From: a virus
Direction: 5' to 3' (one strand)
Length of the DNA stretch: 64,000 nucleotides
IMG/VR virus record: IMGVR_UViG_3300042987_003796
Span: 20,022-84,021 of that record
Part shown: positions 9,701 through 17,714 of the stretch, in pieces
Layout: each line of letters starts with the position of its first letter
Numbering within the stretch: position 1 is the stretch's first letter
The notes under the pieces: generated by a model
Database searches by the model: none
The model's input: the letters and a program-made list of their open reading frames with translations, nothing else
What the model was told of the DNA's origin: nothing
Position numbers and translations under genes: made by a program

Positions 9701-9987
9701 CTACGGTTCAGCAAATTTCAACCGATCTTCAAAAAAAGGCGGCTGGAACAACGGAACAGCAACCCTCTCAGTCTGGTTCCGCTGGTGGGATAAGTGTAAG
9801 CGCGCCGGTATCATTTAGTGTAAATTCAACAGCCGGAGAAGGAAAAGATGCTGCGTCTGCGATTGCGGAACAAATAAAGGTGGGGCTATCTTCATTCTTG
9901 TCTTCTCCAGAATTTATAGGAAAAGTTACATCTATTGCTAACCAAGCTGCTGGAAATAAAACTCCTCCAACTTCACTTCCTAAGTAA
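724..9987 (+). CDS. Tail tape measure protein (3087 aa) with an internal array of repeat-delimited cargo domains
   Basis: N-terminal TP901-type TMP region (AATELSRQGL, VDAAFAVSSADLANAISRVGSTA, GGAVIGNSFKTIFTRL); very long Ala/Gln/Lys-rich helical C-terminal half; hydrophobic Gly/Ala patch (GAMIAGPWGAAAGFAVG); followed by tail-like genes. Confidence 0.9.
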   Translation: MADNLTTATIDVRANTRGLEKDILKALKTVEFSEINTKKSSQALGRITGQVSEFNKSLEASNARVVAFGASAGAIFAVEKAFSSLISSTIEVQKKLTDVNILLNLSSSGLQKFGDSLFDIAKNTAQSFSTVADAATELSRQGLGVEETLKRTNAALVLTRLSGLDAKSSVDALTATLNSFAGSALDAVEVVNKLANVDAAFAVSSADLANAISRVGSTAVDAGVSLDELIALVTSAQQTTARGGAVIGNSFKTIFTRLQRGKVQDLLGSLGVDTTEGQSAISLLQQLAATYDTLGAAQKSYVAEQVGGVFQINILKAALSDLGKEYSIFGRALDTSLSSTDEAIRRNELLNQTISALSSQAVSGLQQAASKIGSIVFEPNAKGFLSGFNNLLDSFNNIDAESAGGKLMTGFFKGIGDFISGPGAVLATAVLVKLFSNLAKFAAGSAKELLGTNKAAQQQAAIEQSILSILQKNSQFTSQILSGKMTTVQAEKELLTYLTAQSNILREQERLSKIIGANLMTAGVSIGSSGIPIVAASKGKKAASSGFIPNFASDQAIGQAMENAGARQHGYKAGKAKKTTIHDGNGKSFKSFVNSKEDVKTFTNSAGKKATIVRPPNGFGENTQYAAGGFVPNFAKNKNEDSIRKGVLFEKRLNKALSGSASFSPNAPMDFPLPTGYGNDYEIRRKIGISDASIYGDAKLTRSRKSEQSLLDKYLRTPEGVKDFLSAKETSRGFINLNPNGLSMLFSGSGSDSRGISYISSINTQLSAGAKRLISSRFGKNHKKSRTLAMPYIADKINEKNLSGLSSGFIPNFGKMQDLYKNTKMREGKDDPFGKRAAKANLAAKKGIPIKDLGNLPYTMIHPGGGSNFQASASYTKKDKKTNSSTQYVGKIWTAGLDASKLNRKTVQDRVGDALVTEANNLTKIFNPSGSGQFSNYSQLSNTGSVFSAAGTVFESAVRKAFNVSAQGQGDRIDFPNPSSELRSFFGNAPGPYEAKISNDDTNRSSTLSKWIAVNGLSGGFIPSFANSKNRLSFSYKDKDEFGISEIEAIMSGKKVGSFSYAEDRPGIVDVGDLTVNKGERGKGIGSALYKEAIKRNAGKKMKGQLLPQMNRLLEKIKKGEPVSAETLYPQIKRADLAKSSVFEVYGHKGLEAEKMTRDQFTSFVNAKITELKKDPKRLQSYFGNVEADEYGGLGVDLQTQHSSGFIPNFASGIITGDVIRGNEYKSVLDFLAKTNKPVRTIIGPSGSGKTTMASKSGGSIVKSFNDLAGFDSYILDRATMSMPKDEIVSENLKKIFRKSGESGALDLLVGSRNTIKSLREKRAKEGDSLIPDRKQFTSGSGGISSFVKGAREFASEYPGASVSRIFKDKSEYKTKKILSGGFVPNFASPKLIEAINKRIKNPNVAQKLKEGAGLNDSAYMKAASKLGIDVAGLEAFLPQMGFPLRGKDKVLNLSKAIGFGFGRSFIIDALKMGDWNYVKPQFESAGYVKDDFDKLSKYAKTPKGESALKWWRSKSSGFIPNFASPKKSGKTFNSYMSKPLSDTIRFVHPLKPVIDSSGNISFPGLPKKGAKATIIHGEAMAGQERMTLDEFYALAEKRKNDPRFWGRNSFEYVYNSGGFVPNFADALNNAIAREKSSGLSNSQIYVDQHSSLKNKNNPMGLMVANTRDEPGGGIQGIKRAKKEGKNPKTYGTSFGYVPNFATGPIQPSQDYLNALNEAVKAVDKLSQSSKKASEGLNRASDSVEKFDNGASGSGKGKMGKIGGFLKDNALTVGFGLQSIASMAGEYAGNDDTKSGRAIKAGAGAVGDIASFTGTGAMIAGPWGAAAGFAVGLGKAALDLSKALTTKVPDMEKALQTSSDAMNRFGESGQKLLQLNEQYGDALNSGNPGQAADIMVKTQKAYAEELSKLTQAQRDSFISAVAQGKGQEEYAKILGEMQDSVRASESALSLQKFSESKGFFGGPDKKLISGIDKTLVSDLTKGLDADAIKKALENASPVLTDKSAGTENQAIALMKSLAQSESLTVDQKANFEKIIDSFASAAAQTDLGAVSEAFVEGIQLKPKSFEDVQKAQEAYKKSQEINNAKIKEEIAIREKANASLLQLQSETEAIYTSFNDSLERFISSVETAAKMRAASVEFKQEFYSEGGVPSAAESQKEKNIVQASRDNLTVDIYKSQVEASNNFNSAVKDLVGGLDIDIAKLGVGGQSMDQQNQLLGVQSSIQKALLPIQGMILKGDYEGARQKTSEALSGLKPEEVSAVGVDAITKVGQQLDQTLQDSARKLDQIKQNSQKDLAIQAQQLVFQRAMSKLSQAQGFGGTDIKGLITDNGGESFQQAISSLKDLKTLGYNQKDLQKGYVKGGGAETYGIKDKKANAAMSGKVIDFYGAASKIIGSPVLSTQSKDFGALAQAVSDQIRNQMDKFKAAGEGVVDPAVFSRMEKALATLGGGDMVAQLKIFKNIGVADVGGKQVMDEALKTYSGGQFANLSPELKKAFESTTDEGAAATLLLVAVQDKQTQSLNTGFNFLSGIGGQTNDLLSKQPDAIAAAIGAVLEKGRADSEAQKVNREAASLDKQFFDSKAKLKEANKGVDSAQAQVDSIVESLGGNASGSSIEDFIKSMQVSQKDKDKAKSITSLGRNEYINYKTSLEMTPTEILSGLPTPRSDKAKQESAKKYDEAVALQEKVKKLDALKAASQQVSSKKSEAVGISNEIKEINKKYDALAPDIQAKNDAAKKASEVAAQSRNLVLDKKPLQDSMDYYANDKKAREAALAQSLATENLKKTKQQKQTLDRTSGAEKAMSPTGKLDTYENIAITKAGGANQAAFQDLLSQMVVPSFDKFKDVYASLGEEGGAKGAYERTINEMIGPALSQKLPIVESGSQGQQIASAITEGIKQASASVVGGGITREENKSLMSKHGYVEGEGWKNESGKAAYSEELKMLKEQKQAQQQLSSQTSANNLQKNAEQEQAKKQESEKAKAQSAQQDPTQLISSILTTVQQISTDLQKKAAGTTEQQPSQSGSAGGISVSAPVSFSVNSTAGEGKDAASAIAEQIKVGLSSFLSSPEFIGKVTSIANQAAGNKTPPTSLPK
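2359..5829 (+). repeat. Nine dispersed in-frame peptide repeats G(F/Y)(I/V)P(N/S)F(A/G) within the TMP
   Basis: Copies start at 2359 GFIPNFA, 2608 GFVPNFA, 3145 GFIPNFG, 3781 GFIPSFA, 4336 GFIPNFA, 4867 GFVPNFA, 5275 GFIPNFA, 5578 GFVPNFA and 5809 GYVPNFA; usually preceded by SS/SG/AG. Confidence 0.95.
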
Positions 9988-9993
9988 TATTCT

Positions 9994-11643
9994 ATGAATT
10001 TTAGTAATGTAAAAGTTTTAAGCTACGAGCACAAAAATAACTTTTGGGGTGATAAAGCTTTTAGATATGGTTCTACTATTTCAATATCGATAAATGGATA
10101 TATTCTTGATTTATCCAATACTTCTGGCGTTAAGGATATTTTTCAGTCTTGCAAAAATTTATCAGACTCTTTGGGTGCTTATCAGGATATAGTTATTGAT
10201 AATGTTAATTATGGTAAGGGTAAAATAACAAACGTCTCTTTTGATTCGGGAAACTGGGTTAAGGTTACAGAGTATACTGCCTCTATAGAAATAGTTGGAG
10301 ATGGAAATCTTGGTTCTGTTAATTTTACAGATTTAGATTTTTCTAATCAAGTTATTAATGATATTAAATCAAACATTCAATATGTAGAAGAATTTAATGA
10401 GAGTTATTCTATAGACTACTCTTCTGATCAAGATTCGGTTTCTGGGGTTCATTCTATAGATTTAAAAATTTCTACTTTGTTTTCTGGAGATAAAATTAAT
10501 TTTGCAAAAAATTTAGCGTCGGCTCTTTTTTCTAAAACATTTTCCGAGAATTTATCTAAAATAACTTATTCAAAACCTTCTGAAAACTTAAGAAAAGATT
10601 TTTACTCAGAGAATTATGATTCTATAAGTGGCGCATGTGGATTCAAAAGAAGCTTTTCATATTCTAACGATTCTTCTTGTTTTAGCAGGAATAGATCTAT
10701 TTCTGTAAATTTTGGAGAAGATGGGATAACTACTGTTAGTGAATCAAATACTATAAAAGGCGAATGCATGAATGCGTCTCTTTTTGATTCGGCGGAATCT
10801 GGATTTTCTTCTGAGATTTCTGGCGTTTTTTCTCGCTGTAATGCTGCGTTTACAACTTATCAGACTCAGTTTGGATCGGTTGATCCTTTAATTAATAAGG
10901 AGATTGAAAGGTCGGTGAAAAGAAATAGATTTACTGGAGAAATAGAATATACAATATCTTTTACAAATGATAAGCGTAGAAAAAATTTATATACTTTTGA
11001 GTATGTTCTAGACTTGTCTAGATCTGAGGATTTTATATGGAGCGCCGTTGAAAATGGATCCGTGAAAGGCGATGGGATTGTGGGATCTACGGATAGATTT
11101 AATAATGCTTTGAATGGATGGAATACTGAAAAAGCAGGAATAAGTGCTAGGGTTCAATCTTTTTATACCTCTAATGCAAAAATAAAACCTATACCATCTG
11201 TATTAAATTTAATTAATAAAAATATAACTCACGCACCTTTTGAGGGATTAATATCTTATTCTTATAATTATACAGACGATTCTACACTTGATATGTCTAG
11301 CGCAATAAGAAGAAAAAGTATTAATATTACAGACTCTAAAGCTACAAGGATTCATAATGATTTTTTAATACCTGGGGGCGTGGTTAAATATGCAATCGCT
11401 CAAGCGGCTAACCAGTCAAAACAAGGGGAGAGGGAGGTAGCTGGATCTTTAGAAATATCTAGCTCCACTTTGCCATTTAAGGGCAATGATTATTTTCAGG
11501 AATGTGTAAATTTAGCTTCTTCTAATAAGGGGACTGGGACAGATTTATATTTAGAATCTTTTTCTTTTTCCTCCGACGAAATAGAGCAAAATGTAGAATT
11601 TAATGGAAAATATAAATATTCATCAGCTGCCAGTAGCAGTTAG
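9994..11643 (+). CDS. Putative tail/baseplate structural protein
   Basis: Directly after the TMP; beta-rich S/Y/F composition; apparent paralog of the next gene. Confidence 0.6.
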   Translation: MNFSNVKVLSYEHKNNFWGDKAFRYGSTISISINGYILDLSNTSGVKDIFQSCKNLSDSLGAYQDIVIDNVNYGKGKITNVSFDSGNWVKVTEYTASIEIVGDGNLGSVNFTDLDFSNQVINDIKSNIQYVEEFNESYSIDYSSDQDSVSGVHSIDLKISTLFSGDKINFAKNLASALFSKTFSENLSKITYSKPSENLRKDFYSENYDSISGACGFKRSFSYSNDSSCFSRNRSISVNFGEDGITTVSESNTIKGECMNASLFDSAESGFSSEISGVFSRCNAAFTTYQTQFGSVDPLINKEIERSVKRNRFTGEIEYTISFTNDKRRKNLYTFEYVLDLSRSEDFIWSAVENGSVKGDGIVGSTDRFNNALNGWNTEKAGISARVQSFYTSNAKIKPIPSVLNLINKNITHAPFEGLISYSYNYTDDSTLDMSSAIRRKSINITDSKATRIHNDFLIPGGVVKYAIAQAANQSKQGEREVAGSLEISSSTLPFKGNDYFQECVNLASSNKGTGTDLYLESFSFSSDEIEQNVEFNGKYKYSSAASSS

Positions 11644-11674
11644 TGTATAAATTTATATAAAGGTAATTTAAAGG

Positions 11675-13297
11675 ATGCAAGGACAAGTTAAAATATTATA
11701 TGGAAATTTGGATATATTTTCAGGAATATGTCCTACTCCTTTTGCTTACTTTGATAAAGAGTATATAGAAAATGGATCTGTTTGGGGTTCTAAATATAAT
11801 TTAAAATTAGATGGTCAGATAACCGGAAGGCTTGGGCCGGCTGCTTTTTATGACTTAGAAAATAAAAAAAATAAACTTATTTCTGGATTTAAAAATGATA
11901 GTTTATCAATAAAAATAACGGAGGACAGTGTTGATGTTTTTAATTCTGATATATGCCAGGTAGATTCTATTTCTTTTGAAGAGTCTAAATATTATGCGTT
12001 GCTACCCTTTTCTATATCGGCTTCTTGTTATGATAAAAGCTCTTTTGGGCAAAACTATGGGGTAACCAACCCTCAAGACTCTTGGGAATATTCAGAAAAT
12101 GAAGATGGTACTTTATCTTTGAGGCATTCTGTTTCTGCCGATGGATTTAATATCTCAGGCGCGTCTGCTATTTCTCAAGCTAAAAAGTGGGCTTTATCTA
12201 AAACAGGAATAAGCAATAGAGTAAGCTCTTTAAAATTTAATAATGTTTCCGCCGGTGATTTTATTCTTGATTCTTTTTCTGAACAAGTTGATAGATTTAA
12301 TGGTAAATATTCTATCGAAGAAGTTTATAAAGCTGATTTGCTTAAAACTAATTCTTTTGGAAATGGTATACTTAGATATACAGTTGATGTATCAAAAAAT
12401 ATAGAAAATGGAATTTCGGATGTTTCTATTCAGGGAAGCGTAGTCGGAAAAACAAATATTGGACTAGCTGATATGTCTGTATTGAGGGCTAAAATGAATG
12501 CAGAGAATTTTTTTCAAATTGCTGCTGAAGCCGCCTCAAAATCTACGGGTACAACAAAAATAAATGATAAGCCATACTCTAGAAGCGTCACAGAAAATCA
12601 AAATTCATCAGAGATATCTTTTTCGATAAACTATGACGATGATCCTGTTGCTCCTGGAACTGCAAAATGCATATATAAAGTAGATCTTTCTGAGAATTTA
12701 ATAAAAAATATAGTTGATATAAAGATAGACGCCGAAATTTTATGCGAGAGGGGGGACGCTTCTGTTAGGTGGAATGCCGTTAAAACTTATTACTCTAATA
12801 CGTTCAATGGATATGACTTAGCTTTAAAAGAATATAAAAGAGCTGGATATTCTAAATCTTTTAGTTCTACCCCAAAAACAGAGTCAATCAATTTTGACGA
12901 ATTTAATAGTAAAATATCATATTCTGCAAGTTGGAGCGATAGATATATGCCTTATCCAGATATTTTGACATCTATTTCTGAAAAGGTAAATATAACTCCA
13001 TCATTGAAGGTGTATGCGGTCCAGCCTTCGTTATATACAAATGGGGCGCATAATGTTCAAGATTTTGGGTGCGCAAATAGGGCTTCTGTTTCGATATCAA
13101 TAGAAGCAACGTGTAGGCCAGATAAAACAATTTCAGAATTAAAAAATTGCGTTTCTTCTGAGCTTTCTAGGCTTCGCTCTATTTATGTAAAAAATATAAA
13201 TTTATTTACAGACGAGGCAAGTGAGTCAGTAAACGAAAAACTTAAAAGAATGTCGGTTTCTTATAGTTATTCTTTTGATGGAGATATTGTTTCATAA
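11675..13297 (+). CDS. Putative tail/baseplate structural protein (paralog of the preceding gene)
   Basis: Similar length and shared motifs (DRFNGKYSI vs NRFTGEIEY; KISYSASWSD vs LISYSYNYTD). Confidence 0.6.
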   Translation: MQGQVKILYGNLDIFSGICPTPFAYFDKEYIENGSVWGSKYNLKLDGQITGRLGPAAFYDLENKKNKLISGFKNDSLSIKITEDSVDVFNSDICQVDSISFEESKYYALLPFSISASCYDKSSFGQNYGVTNPQDSWEYSENEDGTLSLRHSVSADGFNISGASAISQAKKWALSKTGISNRVSSLKFNNVSAGDFILDSFSEQVDRFNGKYSIEEVYKADLLKTNSFGNGILRYTVDVSKNIENGISDVSIQGSVVGKTNIGLADMSVLRAKMNAENFFQIAAEAASKSTGTTKINDKPYSRSVTENQNSSEISFSINYDDDPVAPGTAKCIYKVDLSENLIKNIVDIKIDAEILCERGDASVRWNAVKTYYSNTFNGYDLALKEYKRAGYSKSFSSTPKTESINFDEFNSKISYSASWSDRYMPYPDILTSISEKVNITPSLKVYAVQPSLYTNGAHNVQDFGCANRASVSISIEATCRPDKTISELKNCVSSELSRLRSIYVKNINLFTDEASESVNEKLKRMSVSYSYSFDGDIVS

Positions 13298-13303
13298 TTA
13301 TAT

Positions 13304-15265
13304 ATGTCATCTATTAATTCTTCTGGCTTTAAATATAGACTCGATTCATTAGGTATAACTAGTGAATCATTGCTTGTTGCATATGATTTTGTTTCTGGAT
13401 CTAATTTTCAGCAAGGTTTTTTAAATACTCCCCCATGGGTTACTGGCTCGACGTTTAGTGGAAAACTTAATGGAATTTATAGTAATTTTTATACAAAATC
13501 TGGAAGCGGTTATTTTAATGGGTTTAATTCTGTTTCAATCTCTGGAAAAATTCCAGAAGACGATTTTACTTTTTTATTTTGCTATGAAAAACAAAGAACG
13601 GGCGAAGAAATTTTATTGAGTTCTGCGGCCGGAGGCTCTTTTGCTTCTGCATCTGGATTGACTGTTGGAATTAATGACGCAAATAAGCTTTATTTAGAAT
13701 ACTGGAGCCCAGTAGTAGGAAAGAAAACTTTAGATTATACAGATAATATAAGCTCTAAAAATTTAGTTTTCTTTAGCAAGACATTTGATGAATTTCAATT
13801 AGGTATTTTTGATCCAATTGGCGGAGATTTATCTTTTTCTTCAGCTTCAATAGATCAAATCGAGGGATATTCTCACTCTGATTCTTTTATAATTGGGGCA
13901 AATAACTCGTCTTCTTACTGGTCTAAAGGCAGGTCTTTTAATGGATATTTTGATGATTTTTATTGTATAAGTGGTAAAAAACCGAACGACTATTTTATAG
14001 AGCTTTTTAGCGGATTTTATTCGATTCCTGTAACTGGATTGATAAGTGGTCAATATCAGGTATGTAATTATGTTTCTGTTATGAGTGGTAGCGGGGTCAA
14101 TCTAGGAACTGGGATAACGGGATATGAAACTAGGGTTACATATACTACCGGATACGTTCCAACTGGCTGTTTTAATAGTGGATACTCTTATCTTGTTGGA
14201 ACTGGAATTACTGGTTATGAGGAAAGACTTATTGGGACTCAAAAAGATGCTTGTGATCAAGACGTGCCTATATATGTAAGAACAGCGTTAACTGGAAATA
14301 TTTATGCAACTGGTTATACTTATGCCTGTAGCGGATCTGGTCAAGTAATAACGCCAACCTATACAAATTATCCATTGACCGGAATGTTAACTGGTCAAGT
14401 TTTTGTTGAGGTTCTTTCTGGTATTTGTTCTAATTTTACTGGCTATTATCCAGATGGTCTTCAATTAGATTCAGGCTTTCTATCGTCTCTCGGATTTGAT
14501 TCTGTATATTTGCTTAATCAATGCAGCAATATTGTTACGCATGAATGTTTTTTACATACTGGTGGATTTGCATCTAATAATATAAATTTAACTCCGTCTT
14601 TTGATTTAGTAGCAAATGACTGGATTATTCCAAATATTCACTCTGGCTCAGGAAAAAATTTATTTTTTAATAATGGACAGTTAATGCTAGAAAGTGGGTG
14701 GTCGTCTTATCAGGAAAAAGGTGTGACAAAATATAATATAACGGGAAATATTTTTTTGGACGGCAATATTATTAGGTCAAATGGAGACTGCAGCTTAGAA
14801 GATTCTATTATATATGATAACTCAAATTTTATTAGCGGCGTATCTGTTTATCTTTTAACCGGATTAGGGTCTTCTGCTAGTTTTAATTCTATTTTGAATT
14901 CTAGTTATCAAGATTTTTCCATTTTTCTAAATGGAGTCAAAATGACTAGTGGATTTGATTATTTTAATTCTAATTTTATTTTTAATGTGCCGCCTTCTTC
15001 TGTTTTAACTAAGGTTAATAATAATTATATTTCTGATGGTGCAAAATATATAACTGGATCTGGTAATCTTTTAACGCTGGGATCTAATGGCTCGTCTTCT
15101 TTTTTAAAAAAATCTTCTCAAGTTTATTTAAACGGCTTGAGACAATTGATAAATAGCGACTATTTTGAAATTTCTAGATTCTCTATTTTAAGTGGCTGTC
15201 CAGCTCAAGAAGTAAGCAATAACCAACTAGTATATTCTTTTAATGAAGAGTTTTGGAATATTTAA
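13304..15265 (+). CDS. Putative virion protein with an N-terminal LamG/concanavalin-like domain and TG/SG-rich region
   Basis: DDFTFLF, FIIGAN...FNGYFDDF pattern typical of LamG-like domains; VFLNG/YLNGLRQ tail-fibre-like motifs at the C-terminus. Confidence 0.55.
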   Translation: MSSINSSGFKYRLDSLGITSESLLVAYDFVSGSNFQQGFLNTPPWVTGSTFSGKLNGIYSNFYTKSGSGYFNGFNSVSISGKIPEDDFTFLFCYEKQRTGEEILLSSAAGGSFASASGLTVGINDANKLYLEYWSPVVGKKTLDYTDNISSKNLVFFSKTFDEFQLGIFDPIGGDLSFSSASIDQIEGYSHSDSFIIGANNSSSYWSKGRSFNGYFDDFYCISGKKPNDYFIELFSGFYSIPVTGLISGQYQVCNYVSVMSGSGVNLGTGITGYETRVTYTTGYVPTGCFNSGYSYLVGTGITGYEERLIGTQKDACDQDVPIYVRTALTGNIYATGYTYACSGSGQVITPTYTNYPLTGMLTGQVFVEVLSGICSNFTGYYPDGLQLDSGFLSSLGFDSVYLLNQCSNIVTHECFLHTGGFASNNINLTPSFDLVANDWIIPNIHSGSGKNLFFNNGQLMLESGWSSYQEKGVTKYNITGNIFLDGNIIRSNGDCSLEDSIIYDNSNFISGVSVYLLTGLGSSASFNSILNSSYQDFSIFLNGVKMTSGFDYFNSNFIFNVPPSSVLTKVNNNYISDGAKYITGSGNLLTLGSNGSSSFLKKSSQVYLNGLRQLINSDYFEISRFSILSGCPAQEVSNNQLVYSFNEEFWNI

Positions 15266-15291
15266 TTAAATTTTAATATAATAAAAGCAAT

Positions 15292-17709
15292 ATGGCTATA
15301 GAAACTATACCAAAAATTACTGCAACATCTGCCGGTGGCGGGGTGGTTTATTCTATTGATTTTCAAAGAAATTTTAGTAATGAGCCTTCTAAGGTGACAT
15401 ATAAGGTTGTGAATAGTTCTGGATCTTATTCTTTGCCAACGCTCGAGTCTGATGCCTCTATATCTTTTGGTAATTTTTCTTTTAATGGGTATATTTATTC
15501 TTATGAGTTAGAAGAATCTAATTCTGGTAATGTTCTCTCTATTACATTAATAGATAAGAGTGTGATTTTAGATAAGTTATATGTTTCTGTTTTTAGGCGT
15601 GGACTTATGGGGTTTAATGGAACAAAAAAAACTTTAATTGTCCCAGTTCAGTTTGATTCAGATGACGAATTTTATACAATTAAGAACATAAATGGGGTTT
15701 TTAAGCCCGTTAGAAATAATTATATAAACGGAACTGTAGCAAGAAGCGTTTATGGAGGGAGCACAAAAAGAGGGGATATAATAATAGTAGGAACAGAAGA
15801 AACTCCGGATACAAATTGTGAAATACCTTCATCTTCTTATACATTTAATGAATTGAAATCCGTAACTGGAGTAAGCGGATTTTCTTCTTGTCCTATAAAT
15901 AATAGTACTGTTAGAAAAACATATGAAGGAACCCTAAGATCCGTGCTTAATAGTTGGTGTCAAGATTTTGGTTATTCTTTTTATTGGGATTATAGTGCTA
16001 ACACTTTGAAATTTTTTGATTCAAAAAATGCAGTGTTTTCAATACCAGGTTCTATATCAGATACAAAGATAACTTCAAAAAAAACATTTGCTTCGGCTGA
16101 AGGGAAATATAATCAAGTAGCTGTAGATTATTTTGCTAAGCCATATAATCCAAAAACAGCAAGTGCATCTTTGTCTAAGACATTTTATACTACAACAGAG
16201 ATGAACTGCTATCCTCTTTCTTCTTTTATAGATAGGTCTCTAACAGGAGATGAAGATAGTATTTATGGTGGAGGAAGATCTAAGAATGAGTTTATAACTA
16301 GTGCGGCTCTTGGGTATGTTTCTCCAGCTCTTAGAAAAATTTACAATTATTCATGGATAAGTAAATGGGCTGGAAATATTGGGTTTAGTGGCTCGCTTGC
16401 TCCGCTGTCTGTTGCAAGGGTTGCCGTCGCATTAAAAGAATCTGGCAACTCTGATATTGTTAATGACATGGTTTCTTACTCTGGATACGCTGAAGCTAAT
16501 TTAGATGGAGCTTATTATGCTTTAATAGTTAAGTACGACGAAGGAACAGAAGACACATGGGCTAATTCAGAGCAAGAAATTTTTACTAGTAAAATAGGAA
16601 ATTACTATAGGTGTCCATACAATAAAAGTGGAGGATCTACTTTTTGCACTCCAAGAATGATAGTAAAAACTTCAATTAATTTTGAACCAGAAGGAGATAT
16701 GATGGAAGATAATGATAATCCTTTAGATACAAAACTAATTGGAAGGAGGGTTTTTTCTAGAGGCGGTCCGGGTCCAGAGATTTCTGGAGCTAAAGCTCTT
16801 GAAGAGCTTGGTTTAGCTGACAAAAATAGTAGCGCTGGATTGCAAAAATTATTGCCAGTTCAAATAGAGTTGCTATCTGGTTCTAAGTTAGATTTAGCGT
16901 TAAAAAATCAAGGAGTTGGGGGGTCTGGCGACACTTTATTTCTAATTCCAACTTCCGGATTAGTGTCAACAAAGCTTGGATTTGGCGCGTCTTATATTGG
17001 CGGTTATAATAAAAAAGAAACCACTTGGATAGATATAAAAAATTCTCAACAAGGCGAAGAAGAGGAATGTACTTTACAAGATCCAAATGAAAATAAATGT
17101 CTGTCTCAAAAAGACGAATTAAAACAAAAGCAGCGTAAAGCTCAAGAAGCTACTCAAAATTTTGAAACAAAAAAACCATTTTCTGGTTTAACTAGTAAAG
17201 CATCATGCGTTGGTGCGTCAATAAAAACTAGGAGTGGAAGCGTTAGAATACTTTCATCCTCTCAGTCTCAATATAGGTGTGTTGTTACGCATTCTTATTC
17301 TGTGGAGGCAATTTTAGATATTTCTGAAGCAGAAAGTATTATTTCTAATACATCTGGATCTACTTCTTCTTCACCAAAAATTATTGAAACTAGGCTCATC
17401 GTTGAAAATAGAACTACATCAGAAAAGCTATCTGCCCAAAATCCTCCAACTCCAAGCGAGCTTGCGAGCAGAAATGGTTATATTCAATCTTCAAATATTA
17501 ATAAGGTTACTTATTCTTGCGCTGGTTTTGTGCCAAGTTTGCCAACAAGTGTAAGTAGCGGTTTGGAGGCTCTTGATATGTCAATAAGTGATTCTGGGTT
17601 TTCAGCAACTTATAGTTATTCCACTCGTCCACCAGTCTTTCCGTCACAGGATTTAAATAGAATAAATAATGGATCAAATTCGTCTTCTCCGGCGTTTCAG
17701 GTTAGATAA
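15292..17709 (+). CDS. Putative tail hub/baseplate protein
   Basis: Tail module position; YEGTLRSVLNSWCQDFGYSFYWD resembles hub-protein segments. Confidence 0.5.
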   Translation: MAIETIPKITATSAGGGVVYSIDFQRNFSNEPSKVTYKVVNSSGSYSLPTLESDASISFGNFSFNGYIYSYELEESNSGNVLSITLIDKSVILDKLYVSVFRRGLMGFNGTKKTLIVPVQFDSDDEFYTIKNINGVFKPVRNNYINGTVARSVYGGSTKRGDIIIVGTEETPDTNCEIPSSSYTFNELKSVTGVSGFSSCPINNSTVRKTYEGTLRSVLNSWCQDFGYSFYWDYSANTLKFFDSKNAVFSIPGSISDTKITSKKTFASAEGKYNQVAVDYFAKPYNPKTASASLSKTFYTTTEMNCYPLSSFIDRSLTGDEDSIYGGGRSKNEFITSAALGYVSPALRKIYNYSWISKWAGNIGFSGSLAPLSVARVAVALKESGNSDIVNDMVSYSGYAEANLDGAYYALIVKYDEGTEDTWANSEQEIFTSKIGNYYRCPYNKSGGSTFCTPRMIVKTSINFEPEGDMMEDNDNPLDTKLIGRRVFSRGGPGPEISGAKALEELGLADKNSSAGLQKLLPVQIELLSGSKLDLALKNQGVGGSGDTLFLIPTSGLVSTKLGFGASYIGGYNKKETTWIDIKNSQQGEEEECTLQDPNENKCLSQKDELKQKQRKAQEATQNFETKKPFSGLTSKASCVGASIKTRSGSVRILSSSQSQYRCVVTHSYSVEAILDISEAESIISNTSGSTSSSPKIIETRLIVENRTTSEKLSAQNPPTPSELASRNGYIQSSNINKVTYSCAGFVPSLPTSVSSGLEALDMSISDSGFSATYSYSTRPPVFPSQDLNRINNGSNSSSPAFQVR

Positions 17710-17714
17710 ATTTT

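Noticed and set aside
17524-17541. GFVPSL in the hub-like protein resembling the TMP repeat
   Set aside because: Single degenerate copy lacking the conserved F-A end; likely chance
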